A DNA stretch of 32,000 bases from Mycoplasmoides genitalium G37 (lineage in GTDB: Bacteria; Bacillota_I; Bacilli_A; Mycoplasmatales; Mycoplasmoidaceae), in assembly GCF_000027325.1 (NCBI RefSeq), contig NC_000908.2, forward strand, positions 300,001-332,000, in the 5' to 3' direction. Made by a program: the position numbers and the translations under genes. Positions 1 to 10,510 of this stretch are shown here, in pieces. The notes under the pieces were generated by a model. The model was not told the origin of the DNA. It saw nothing but the letters and a program-made list of their open reading frames with translations, and made no database searches. How positions within the stretch are numbered: the first letter of the stretch is position 1; every line of letters starts with the position of its first letter.

Positions 1-804
1 ATTAAACAAAAAGTCAGTAGTTTTTTTGGCATAATGAGCCAATTCTGATTGATCATATTCATGTTTTTTTAACAATTCTGGGTTAATTTTTAACACTGTT
101 TGTAGAAACTGTTCTACCATTATTAATTGTTTTTCAAACAGCGAATTTGCATCATCAGGTTTACAAAACCACTCAATTTCAAACTGTTCAAACTCTCTAG
201 TTCTAAACAAGAAGTTACCTGGGGTGATTTCATTACGAAAGCTTTTACCAAACTGGGCAATAGCAAAAGGTAAATTACGCTTCTTAGCTTGCAAGATATT
301 TTTAAAGTTAATAAAGCTACCTTGAGCAGTCTCAGGACGGAGAAAAACAAGGCGTTTATCGTTGTTTACAACCCCGATTTCAGTTTGAAAAAGTAAGTTA
401 AAATCCCTCACTTCTGATCAATTTTGGTTATGACAATTAGGACAGTTAACTTTAAAACTATTCCAATCCTTTTTAGCTTTTATTTCAGCATTAATTTGAT
501 CAACACGAAAGCGGTATTTACAACTCTTACAATCAACTAAAGTATCAACAAAGTTAGCTAAATGTCCTGATGCTTTTCAAACCAATTCGCTGAGAATAAT
601 AGGGGTTTCAACTAAAAGAACATCAGCTTTATTTTTAATAAAAAAGTTATATAAAGCTTGTTTGATTTGTTGTTTTAAAACTGCACCTAATGGACCAAAA
701 TCCCAACTATTGTTTAAACCGTTGTAAATTTCACTACTCTGAAATACAAAACCATGTTGTTTGAGAAACTGAACATAAACTTCTTGGTTGTAAACTTTAG
801 CCAT
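1..804 (-). CDS. glyS: Glycyl-tRNA synthetase, N-terminal part (3' end outside window)
   Basis: Track fragments 577..804 and 123..350 join when TGA=Trp. N-terminus MAKVYNQEVYVQFLKQHGFVFQSSEIYNGLNNSWDFGPLGAVLKQQI is typical of class II GlyRS (YGPLG-like motif). Confidence 0.93.
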
Positions 805-823
805 TGTTAATTAATCTTAAAAA

Positions 824-1552
824 TTAGTTTTTTCAAGCAAACAAGATAATCCCTAAAGCAACACTTACATTTAAAGAATTGATCTTATTGTTCATAGGAA
901 TTTTGATTCTACAATCTGCATTCTTTGTTATTAGTTGATTCACACCCCTATCCTCATTGCCAACAATTAAGATTTTTTTAGCAAAATCAACTTTGCGATA
1001 ATCAATTGGTTTTCAAATAGGATCCAGAGTTGAAACAACAGTTCAAAATCCTATTTCTTTTAGCTTAGTGATCGTATAACTTAAGTTAGCTACTTGCACT
1101 AAGTTTTGATAAAAAACACTACCCATACTAGTTTTCATGACTGTATTGTTGATAGGGACTTGGTTATTCTTTTTAAAGATAATTCCATCAACCTCACTAG
1201 CCAAACAAGTTCTTAGTATAGCACCAAAATTATAAGGGTCTTGGATCTCATCTAACATCACAAGTGTACTGCACTTCTTATTTTCAACTACTTTAACCAG
1301 TTGATCAAGTGGAATTAAGAGTTGGTTAGTATCTAAAACTGCTACCAATTCCTGGTGGTTAATATCTCTATACTGATTGTTAAATCAGTTAGTTGAATGG
1401 ATTTGAAAATTAATTTTTTTAGCTTCAATTAAAGGTATTAGTTTTTTGTGACGAATGGAAATGTTTACCAATTTAATGTGAACTTGGTTATTAATCGCTT
1501 CCTCAAAGGCTTTAACACCAAATAAGCAACTTTGTTGGCGTGGTTTTTTCAT
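824..1552 (-). CDS. rlmB: SpoU/TrmH-family RNA 2'-O-methyltransferase (RlmB-like), 242 aa
   Basis: ATG at 1552 (MKKPRQQSCLFGVKAFEEAINN...), stop TAA 824-826 in code 4. SpoU motifs LDEIQDPYNFGAILRTCLASEVDGIIF, NEDRGVN and KIPMNNKINSLNVSVALGIILF. Exact substrate not determined. Confidence 0.85.
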
Positions 1553-1554
1553 TA

Positions 1555-2865
1555 TTACAGCAACATTTTTTTAATTAGTTTTTTTCTAATTTGATCAGCT
1601 TTATCCATTGCTTTTTGTTTGTGTAATATTGATCACTCTTTAATTAAACGCACATTAAGTTTAGTATGGATAGATTTAAAGCTAATTCCTAATAAATCAA
1701 TTGATCATTCCAAGAAACTAAGTTGTTCTCTCAGCACACTAAAGTCCTTAGTTTTAATACTTGTATTAATTTTTTTTATTAGTTTTCAGATAGCAGCAAC
1801 TGCATTGGCAAAGTTGAGATTATCAAGTAAAGCTGAAAAAACTGGATCATATTGCTTGGGACTAATCAACTCAGATTGTTCTGAATAAACTAATCAGGTT
1901 CTAGCAACATTAAGTGTTTTTGCAATCCTTTGAATATCATTATTAGCTTTTTCAATCAATGATTGGTTTAGATCAATAGGATGCAAATAGTGTTTTTGGT
2001 AAAAGATCCAACGCAAAACACGAAAATCATGAAAGTTAAGAAAATCAACTGCTAACAAGAAGTTCTGCAATGACTTTGACATCTTTTGGTTTTCAATCAT
2101 CAAATGACCAATATGCATCCAATGTTTGGTAATGGGCTGGTTATATAAAGCCATGTGTAAGGCATTTTCATTTTCATGGTGGGGGAACTTTAAATCAACT
2201 CCTCCTCCGTGGATCGTGAGTTCATTTTTGAAACAATAATCAATTAAGAAGGCACATTCAACATGTCAACCTGGTCTGCCAAGTCCCCACTTACTATTTC
2301 ATTTAATCCCTGCAGTAGTAATCTTTCAAAGTACAAAATCCAATTTGTTCTTTTTATCAGTATCAGTTTCTTCTAAATGCACCATTCGGTTAGCTAGATA
2401 ACCATATTGCTTTAGTGAATTAACTGCAAAATAAACGTTGTTTTGAGTTGAAACATAAGCATGGTTTTGATTTACTAATTGATCAATATAGTCAGGGATT
2501 TTATCGATTTTTTCAGTGATTTGAATATGTTTAATAGGCAGAATATTTAGTTTTTTTAAAAGTGATTTGTAAGCAGTGATTTGTTGTTTTGTAACAACTG
2601 ATTCGCTTACTTCTTGTTGTTGAGCAATCTTGATGATCTTATCGTCAATATCAGTGATGTTTTGAACAAAATTAACGGTATATTTAGCCTTTTTTAAAAC
2701 TCTATTTAAAACATCAAAAACAATTAATGGTCTGGTGTTGCCTAAGTGCAAATCGTTATAAACTGTGGGTCCACAGAGATAAATGTTAATGGTTTTTTGA
2801 ACTAGTGTTGTTGGTTTTTGACTAACACTGTCAACAATCATAAACCTATGTTCAAATTGCTTCAT
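1555..2865 (-). CDS. cysS: Cysteinyl-tRNA synthetase, 436 aa
   Basis: Fragments 1894..2154 and 2326..2865 share a frame. IYLCGPTVYNDLHLGNTRPLIVFDVLNR and KMSKSLQNF motifs. Stop TAA at 1555-1557. Confidence 0.94.
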
Positions 2866-4822
2866 TAATGATAGGAATGTTCAGTTCTTTGGCGTGATTG
2901 ATTTTTCTTAAAGTTGGTTTGTTTCCTGCAATAACAAAGTCAACTGTTGGTTTGACTTCACTTGCAAACTGGCAATCAAACTTAGCTGATAATAAATCCT
3001 TAATTTGGTCACGACTAATGTTAAAGCTACCGGTAATAAGAAAGCGTTTTTGAAAATAAATACTGTTAGTTTCAAAGTTAATTTTCAGTGGTAATTGATC
3101 TGTTTTTACTTGTCTTAATTCAAGTTGTTCAATTAACTGCAAATGGTTAGGGTCATGAAACCAGTTATACAATGATTCAGCTACTGTTATTCCTACATCA
3201 TTTAAACTAATTAAGTTCTCTAAGCTAGCATGCTGTAATGCTTTGATATTTTTAAAATGATTAGCTAAATTCTTAGCTAATACATTACCAACATGCTTAA
3301 TACCAAGTCCTGTTAGTAATCTAGCCATTCCTTTTTGTTTTGAATTTTCAATGTTATCAACTAACTTGTTGAAAAGTTTATCACCAATCTTCAGATCTAA
3401 TTTTAAAACTTGGTTTTTCTTGTCTTTTAAATCATAAAGATCAACTATAGATCTAACCAAATTGTGTTCATAAAGTTTGGTAATAGTATTAATATTCAAC
3501 CCGTTAATGTCCATAGCAGTTTTAGAAACAAAATAGTTAATTAACTGGATGTTTCGCTCCTTACAAGTTTCATTGGTACAATACTGATCAACTTCATCAA
3601 CTATTTTGACTAGTTTTGAATTACATGAAGGACAATATTTTTGCTCTTGAATTATGATAGTGTCATTTTTTCTTTTTTCAAGATTTACCTTTAGTACTTT
3701 AGGGATAATTTCCCCAGCTTTATAGATAACAACAGTGTCATTGATCCTAATGTCTTTAGTTTTAATGTAATCAAAGTTATGTAAAGTAGCAGCTGTTACT
3801 TTTGTTCCATCTAAATTAACACTTTCTAATTTAGCAGTATAGTTCACTCTACCAGTTCTACCAATCGTTATAAGAACTGCTGTTAATTTAGTTTGAACAA
3901 ATTTAGGACTAAATTTAAATGCTATTGCCCAACGTGGTGATTTACTTGTAGCACCTAATTGTTGATAAAAAAGCAAGCTGTTTAGTTTAATAACTAAACC
4001 ATCAAGATTAAAAGTTAACTGTTCTCGTTTTTTGTCAAACGCTTCCAAGTAATTAATTAATTGAAATTTGTTTTGAAAAACCCTGATGGTATCACTAACT
4101 GGGAATTTTCACTGCTTAAGCTGTTCTAAAACCATAGTTTGAGTAGTGATTGACTCTTCCAAACCATTAGGGATGTAATAAAATAATGCCCTTAATTTGC
4201 GCTGTGCAGTGATTTCACTGTTTAAATTACGTATTGTACCTGCTGCTAGATTCCTTGCATTAGCAAATGGTTTTTCAAGTTGATTGTTAATTGCTAAAAA
4301 AGTTTTTTTATCAACAAAAATCTCACCCCTAATCTCAATTGTTTTTGTGAAAGGGATTGTTAAAGGGATAGATTTAATGGTTTTAACATTATTTAAAACA
4401 TCTTCCCCAACACTTCCATCTCCTCTGGTTAAAGCATGAACTAAAACACCATTTTTATAAGTTAGAGAGATACTAACTCCATCAATTTTAGGTTCAACTA
4501 CAAATTCATTTTTTGAGTTTGTTTGAAAGTTAATATTATCAATAAAATTAGCAATTTCTTTAGTTGAAAAAGCATTTTCCAAAGAGAGCATTGGACTGTT
4601 ATGGTTTAACTTTTTAAAACCCTTCACAGCTTCTCCTCCCACCCTTTGGGTAGGGGAATCAATTTGGATTAAATCAGGATGATCTTTTTCTAATTGTTGG
4701 AGTGACTTATACAACATATCATACTCAAAATCATCAATTAAAGGTTCGCTTAAAACATAGTAGTGATAGTCATAGTTTTTTATTAAGTTAACCAGCTGTT
4801 GAATCTTCAATTTCACATCCAT
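2846..4822 (-). CDS. ligA: NAD+-dependent DNA ligase, about 658 aa (a GTG at 4825 is an alternative start)
   Basis: KxDG motif VEPKIDGVSISLTYKNG, tetracysteine zinc motif CPSCNSKL...CTNETC, BRCT-like C-terminus. Ends ...IINEAIWT-TAG at 2846, overlapping the cysS start region by about 20 nt. Confidence 0.95.
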
Positions 4823-4891
4823 CACTACTATAAATAAGAAAAATCCTGACTTAGTTGATACCAATCAGGATTTTACAAAGAAGTTTTAATT

Positions 4892-4965
4892 TGGAGCAGA
4901 TAACGGGAATCGAACCCGCATCTTAACCTTGGCAAGGTTATGTTCTACCATTGAACTATATCTGC
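4892..4965 (-). tRNA. tRNA-Gly(GCC)
   Basis: Reverse strand GCAGATATAGTTCAATGGTAGAACATAACCTTGCCAAGGTTAAGATGCGGGTTCGATTCCCGTTATCTGCTCCA folds as a full cloverleaf with anticodon GCC and encoded CCA. Confidence 0.95.
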
Positions 4966-5000
4966 GTTGTTACTTTAATATTTAGTATATTTTAACTTGC

Positions 5001-6098
5001 ATGGAATCTGAAAACCAAATTGCAATCCTGGATTATATTTTTAACCAAGTCAACCAGCCCAATCAACCAAAAATAGTTTGGTTCTCTGGGGAAGGGGAGG
5101 ATGAGAAAATTAATTTTTTAATCCGCTTAAATGATTTTTTTAAACCAAAATTTGTTGAAAATACTAATGATAGTAGCTTTTTATTAAGTTTTAGAAACCA
5201 TGTTGAAACTAAAAATTCAACGCCTTTAACCCAAGCTAACTTTGCTAATATTGCCAACAAATTACTAGCGGTTTTATTTGGTTCATTGCAATGAAAACAG
5301 TTAAATAAACCAACTGGAAACTGATTTCTTGTAATTTTGTTTTTAGCTTTATTATGGTTAAGACAATGCTGACTAAAACTTCAGTTAACTAAGATAAGTA
5401 AATTTGTAAACCAAAAGGGCATTTTGAGTTTTATTAAACAACAATGGCCTATTCTAACAACATTGGTAACAGTAGGGACCACATTAGGTACTCCAGTATT
5501 TTCATTAACAATAGCCCAACAAGATGGTATTAAGCAAAATGCGGGGAATGATGTCTTTATCTTTTTGATTATCTTCTCTGTTTTTTCTATTAGTTTAGGG
5601 CTTGTTTCATCACTTATCTTTTTAGTCTCCAGCTTATTTTCAATTCGTCAGAAAAAAACGTTGGATGCTTTGGATAAAGTGTTATCAAAATTTATTGATA
5701 AATACTTTTTTTTAGATGAAAAAGAGATCAAAAAACAACTTAAATATCAGTTTAAAAACAACGGTGTTTGCTTTTTTTATGGTTTTGATTTTGATCAGGC
5801 AGAGTTTCTTGAACAATCAATGAACTTAATGTTGTTGTTAAAGCAAACCAATTGTTTTATTTTAGTTGGTTGTAAAGAAAGTGAAATGACGCTCATTAAA
5901 AACAAGATAGAACCTAACATTAACTTAAAACAAAACAGTTTTTATCTGGATTTAAGCAATGAAATTTCACAAGTAGAACAGATCAGCAAATTTAACTTGT
6001 TGTTTAGGCAATTGAGGCTCAGTTCTGAACTATTTTACTTAGAAGATTTTTTTGATTATCTAACTACTGCAAAACAGATAGTTAACTTTCTTTTTTAA
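5001..6098 (+). CDS. Hypothetical membrane-associated protein, 365 aa (MG255-like)
   Basis: Fragments 5001..5294 and 5424..6098 are in the same frame with TGA=Trp. Two strongly hydrophobic stretches (VFIFLIIFSVFSISLGLVSSLIFLVSSLF). Confidence 0.85.
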
Positions 6099-6201
6099 AA
6101 CAAAACCTAACCTTGATCAATTTCAAGAAAATCAAAAGAAATTATTTGATTTTTTAGCGTTATGAGCATTAGTAATTGGTACTGATTTTGAGTTTAATAA
6201 C

Positions 6202-6654
6202 GTGTTGTGATCATTTAATAACCACTTTGTAATTGATAACAGTTTTAAACAGGAATATGACAAACCCAACATTACTGCTTTCTTTAATCGTTCTTTGCAA
6301 TTTTTTCAAGAAAATAGCTTGGTTTTAAAACCTGAATTGTTTAGTTTGCAAAAATACACAAAGGATGTTTATGGTTTAAATGTTATCAACCAACTAAACT
6401 TAAATAAGCACCCTATGCTAATTCCATTAACATGGGATAAAAAGCAAAAGTTTATTAGCTTTATTGAAAGCTGTGTTCAAAAATACAGTCAAGTTAAAAA
6501 AGATAACCAGGTATTTAGTTTAACAGTTGGTAAGCGCGTCTTTTTTCTATTATTAATAAATAAGCAGTTTAAACAAATTAAACTTGAAACAGCACTAAAG
6601 TACCTTGGCTTTAAAACTTCCCTTGGTGCAATGGACAGCACAACTGAGTCCTAA
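6202..6654 (+). CDS. Hypothetical protein, at least 150 aa; start uncertain (open frame extends to 6082 without ATG/GTG/TTG before the GTG at 6202)
   Basis: Open frame mod1 from 6082 to TAA 6652-6654 in code 4; track shows 6295..6654. 3' end overlaps tRNA-Arg(CCU). Confidence 0.6.
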
Positions 6655-6691
6655 TCAGTAAATAGAGGTTCAACTCCTCTAGGGAAGGCCA
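6617..6691 (+). tRNA. tRNA-Arg(CCU)
   Basis: CTTCCCT/AGGGAAG acceptor stem, GTGC/GCAC D stem, ACTGA-GTCCTAA-TCAGT anticodon arm (anticodon CCT), AGAGG-TTCAACT-CCTCT T arm, encoded CCA. Confidence 0.9.
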
Positions 6692-6739
6692 ATTTATGAT
6701 AAAAACTTAGTTAAATTGCTAGGTTTTTATCTAGTTTTA

Positions 6740-6813
6740 GGGGGTGTAGTTTAGTGGTAGAACAACAGTCTCCAAAACTGTCTGTGTGGGTTCGATTCCT
6801 TCCACCCCCGCCA
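6740..6813 (+). tRNA. tRNA-Trp(CCA)
   Basis: GGGGGTG/CACCCCC acceptor stem, ACAGT-CTCCAAA-ACTGT anticodon arm (anticodon CCA), TTCGATT T loop, encoded CCA. Confidence 0.92.
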
Positions 6814-6820
6814 TTTACAG

Positions 6821-7591
6821 ATGCACTTCAATTCAAACTTTAAAGAATGCTTTAATAAGATTGCAAAAAAAGTTAATTCACTGGACAGTGAATACTATGA
6901 GTTTTCTTCTTTTATTGAAAGGATTAGAACTACCTTTGGACTTTTAATTGCTTTAACTGTTTTAAGTAACCTAATCATTATTAGCTTTGTTTTAATTTGA
7001 TTTTTTACTGATGGCTTTGGTCAGTTAAGGCTGTTATTCTTTACGCTTTTTATCCCCTTTTTTATCTCTTTATTAGTAGCAATCTTTCTAATCTTTCTTA
7101 ACAATTCATTCCGTAATTTTTTTCAGATTAATGAAAAGAACTGGCTGTTCTTATGGACCTGTGTTTTTTCCTCATTACCAATCTTTAACTTGTGGTTAAT
7201 TGTGAGATTAAATAAAACTATTAAGAATTTCGCTAGTGATTATGGTTTTAAGATTGTTAATAAATATAACAGTTTAACAAGCGGAATTTTTGTGTTTGAC
7301 TTTGCTGATTATGTTAGTTTTGAAGCCAACCTGACTAATTGAAAAAACACAAACGATAAAAATCGTAATTTTGTTAACTTCTTTGAAACAATAAGCAAAG
7401 AAAAAACTGGTGTTGTTCAAAAACCAGTTCTTAACTTTCAAAGATTATATGTTAATCGTTTGTACTATCAAAGTAAGCTAAGTGTTGGTAGCAACCAACA
7501 GACTCCCCAAACTGCTTTTGATAACCTAAGAAACTATGTTGAAAACAAACAGCGTGAAACAGTAAGGGTTAAGCAGTATATCCTCACTTAA
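6821..7591 (+). CDS. Hypothetical multi-pass membrane protein, 256 aa (MG256-like)
   Basis: ATG 6821, MHFNSNFKECFNKIAKKVNSLDSEYYEFSSFIERIRTTFGLLIALTVLSNLIIISFVLIWFF..., stop TAA 7589-7591. Missing from the ORF track because of TGA codons. Confidence 0.85.
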
Positions 7592-7636
7592 TTAAGTGAA
7601 TATATTAATATTTATTGGTCTTTGTCAAAAAATAAG

Positions 7637-7930
7637 ATGAAAAAGGCAATCCACTTTCAGAGTCAACCAGTTGTTTTTAACTGTGCTTCATGCAATAGCA
7701 ACTTTACCATTGACTCCACTGCCAAACAAAAGGATCTTGCCATTGACATTTGTGGAAAATGTCATCCTTTTTACATAGGGCAATTAACCAAACAAACCGT
7801 GCATGGACGGGCTGAAAAACTTTCTCAAAAGTTCAACGCTGGAAAGGCTTTTTTAGAAAATAAAACTAAAAAGAGTAACCAAGCTAAAGTTGAAAAACAA
7901 ACTAGGCACCGTTCTATTAACGAGCTTTAG
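7637..7930 (+). CDS. rpmE: 50S ribosomal protein L31, 97 aa
   Basis: MKKAIHFQSQPVVFNCASCNSNFTIDST...DICGKCHPFYIGQ with CxxC...CxxC, typical of zinc-type L31. Confidence 0.95.
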   Translation: MKKAIHFQSQPVVFNCASCNSNFTIDSTAKQKDLAIDICGKCHPFYIGQLTKQTVHGRAEKLSQKFNAGKAFLENKTKKSNQAKVEKQTRHRSINEL

Positions 7931-9009
7931 TGGATTTTGACAAACAACTCTTTTTCAATGTTGAAAAGATTGTTGAACTTACTGAACAACTTGAAAAAGA
8001 TCTCAATAAACCTAACCTTAGCTTTGAGCAGATTAAAGTTATTAACAAAGAGTTAAAACATAAACAACCTTTAATAGTTAAATTCAAGGAGTTGCAAAAG
8101 CTGGTTGAAAATGCTAATGAAGCTGAACAAATTCTTAACAATTCCAGCTTAAAAGAATTGCATGAAGAAGCTAAAAAAGAACTTGAAAAAATCAAAGCTA
8201 GTTTACCTAGTTTAGAAGAGGAAATTAAGTTCCTTTTACTACCGGTAGATGAAAATAACCAAAAGAATGTTATTGTAGAGATCCGTCCAGCTGCTGGTGG
8301 GGATGAATCTTGCATCTTCTTAAGTGATCTTTTTAATATGTACAAAAACTATTGTACTAGTAAAAATTGAACGGTTGAACTTAATGAAATTATCCCTGCA
8401 AGTGTGGGGATTAACTTTGTTTCTTTTGCGGTAAATGGTACTGATGTTTTTGCTAAACTCAAGTTTGAATCAGGAGTACATAGGGTGCAACGTGTTCCTT
8501 TAACAGAAGCTAAAGGTAGAGTGCATACCTCAACAGTTACTGTTGCTGTTTTACCTCAATTAGAAGAGGTAGAGATCACCATTAATCCTAGTGATTTGAG
8601 AATCGATACTTACCGTGCTTCAGGAGCGGGTGGACAACATGTTAACAGAACTGAAAGTGCAGTTAGAATTACCCATCTACCTACGGGAATTGTTGTGGCT
8701 TGCCAAGAGGGTAAATCCCAGTTTTCTAACCGTGATAAAGCAATGAAAATGCTACGTGCTAAGTTATGGGAAAATGCTCAAAATAAACAACTCTCAACCC
8801 AAGCGGATTTAAGAAAAAGTCAAGTTGGTAGTGGAGAGAGAGCTGAAAAAATTCGTACCTACAACTATCCTCAAAACAGAATTACAGACCACAGGATTAA
8901 ATTAACTATTAATAAGCTTAATACTGTTATTTTGGGAGATCTTGATGAGATCATTGAAGCTTTACAAGCTGATGAAAAGAAACAACAGTTGGAAAAGTTT
9001 ATTAGTTAG
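7930..9009 (+). CDS. prfA: Peptide chain release factor 1, 359 aa (GTG start overlapping rpmE stop by 1 nt)
   Basis: Fragments 7930..8370 and 8404..9009 in frame. GGQ domain [31 protein letters not shown]. Confidence 0.96.
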
Positions 9010-10380
9010 ATGACTCTGTATGAGTTTTTTTTAAATCAAAAGTTAGTTTACCAATCCAGTCCCCATTTTAACGGGGTATTTTTAACAATATTGGAACACT
9101 ATGGTTTTCAATTTAAAACAATTGATAAACTCTGAAAAAGTAAGCTTCTAATTACTAGTGAGTTAACTGATAAAATCAAACAACAATTAAAGTGTTATTT
9201 TATTGAAAAGATCCCTTTGCCCTATTTGTTGGGAACAATTCAACTAAGGAAGCTTACTTTTAAAACTAAGAAAGGAGTTTTTATTCCTCGAATTGATAGC
9301 TTAGCACTAATTGCAAGTGTTAACTTAAAAAAAATAAAAACTGCACTTGACCTTTGTTGTGGTTCAGGTACTTTAGCCATTGCTTTAAAAAAGAAGTGTG
9401 ATACACTTGATGTTTATGGTAGTGATATTGATATCCAAGCATTAAAACTAGCGCAACAAAATGCATTAATTAATAACGTTAGTATTAATTGAATTGAAGC
9501 AGATTGATTTGATTGTTTTAACAAGATAAAAACTCCGATTGATTTAATTGTTACAAACCCACCTTATCTGAAAAAAACACAACTAAATAAAACATTAAAT
9601 TATGAGCCTAAGCACAGCTTGGTTTTTCAAAATAAAAATAGTTATTTTGCATACAAGCAGTTGTTTAATCTATTACTAACAAAACGATCAATTAAACAGT
9701 TAATTTTTGAATGTTCTTTATTTCAAAAAGAAAGGCTATTAAATTTGTTTTCAATCTTTAAATCAAGGCCGATTTTTAACTTTCAAAAACAGTTTATTGG
9801 TATGAAAGTTGATAATCAAAAACTCCCAGTAGTTGATATTAAAAATACCAAAACTATTAAGCAACTTTTAAAAATGGGGCTAGCAGGAATTGTAAATACT
9901 GATACACAAATGGGATTAATTAGTTATTCAGAGTCTACTCTTGACAAAATTAAACAACGTGCACTTAACAAACATTATGTATCAATGTTTGGGTTAGAAG
10001 AATTAAAGAAGTTACCAAAAAAACTACAACAAATTGCTAGTTACTTTTGACCAGGTAGTTATACCTTTATTAAAAATAACAAGAGCTACAGGGTTCCTAA
10101 AAACTTGGGCTTATTAAACCTTTTTAATGCAATTGGTAGGGTTTTTTGTACTAGTGCTAATATCAGTAATCAAAAACCATACACCAAATTAAGTGATTAT
10201 CAAAACGATAGTTACTGAATAAAGCAACCTTGTTTTATTATTAGAAGCACTTCTAAAGTGCAATCAAATAACACACCTTCACTTGTCTATAATTTAGATA
10301 CAAAACAGTTGGTTCGCACCACAGCTAAACAAACAAAACAGTTTCATAAATTAATAACTAAACACCAGTTAGCTATCTAA
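9010..10380 (+). CDS. prmC: Release factor glutamine N5-methyltransferase (PrmC/HemK) fused to a C-terminal YrdC/Sua5 (TsaC)-like domain, 456 aa
   Basis: Code 4 frame from ATG 9010 to TAA 10378-10380. SAM motif ALDLCCGSGTLAIAL and catalytic NPPY (IVTNPPYLKKT). C-terminus has AGIVNTDTQMGLIS...KQRALNKHYVSMF...SYFWPGSYTFI...VPKN...GRVFCTSANISNQKP. Confidence 0.88.
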
Positions 10381-10442
10381 TACACAAACCAAAATGAAAC
10401 CAAAGATAATAACAAGCTTTTCAATATAAAAATGCTTAATTC

Positions 10443-10474
10443 AGTTTTATTTTTGAAATAAAACTATTTTTTTT
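10443..10474 (+). terminator. Candidate intrinsic terminator between prmC and the lipoprotein gene
   Basis: Perfect 8-bp stem AGTTTTAT-TTTTGAA-ATAAAACT followed by A plus T8. The stem is A/T-rich, so its strength is uncertain. Confidence 0.45.
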
Positions 10475-10510
10475 AATTAGTATATAGCATCAACTACTAA
10501 AACATAAGGG

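Noticed and set aside
5063-5260. Minus-strand ORF opposite the MG255-like gene
   Set aside because: Sense frame is longer, continuous in code 4 and fits gene order. The antisense ORF looks spurious.
7584-7599. 16-bp palindrome TCACTTAATTAAGTGA spanning the MG256-like stop codon, considered as a terminator
   Set aside because: No T run follows and the downstream genes are co-oriented. Too weak to call.
7917-8345. 142-aa minus-strand ORF opposite prfA
   Set aside because: prfA is certain on the plus strand. The antisense ORF has Ser/Leu-rich shadow composition and no motifs.
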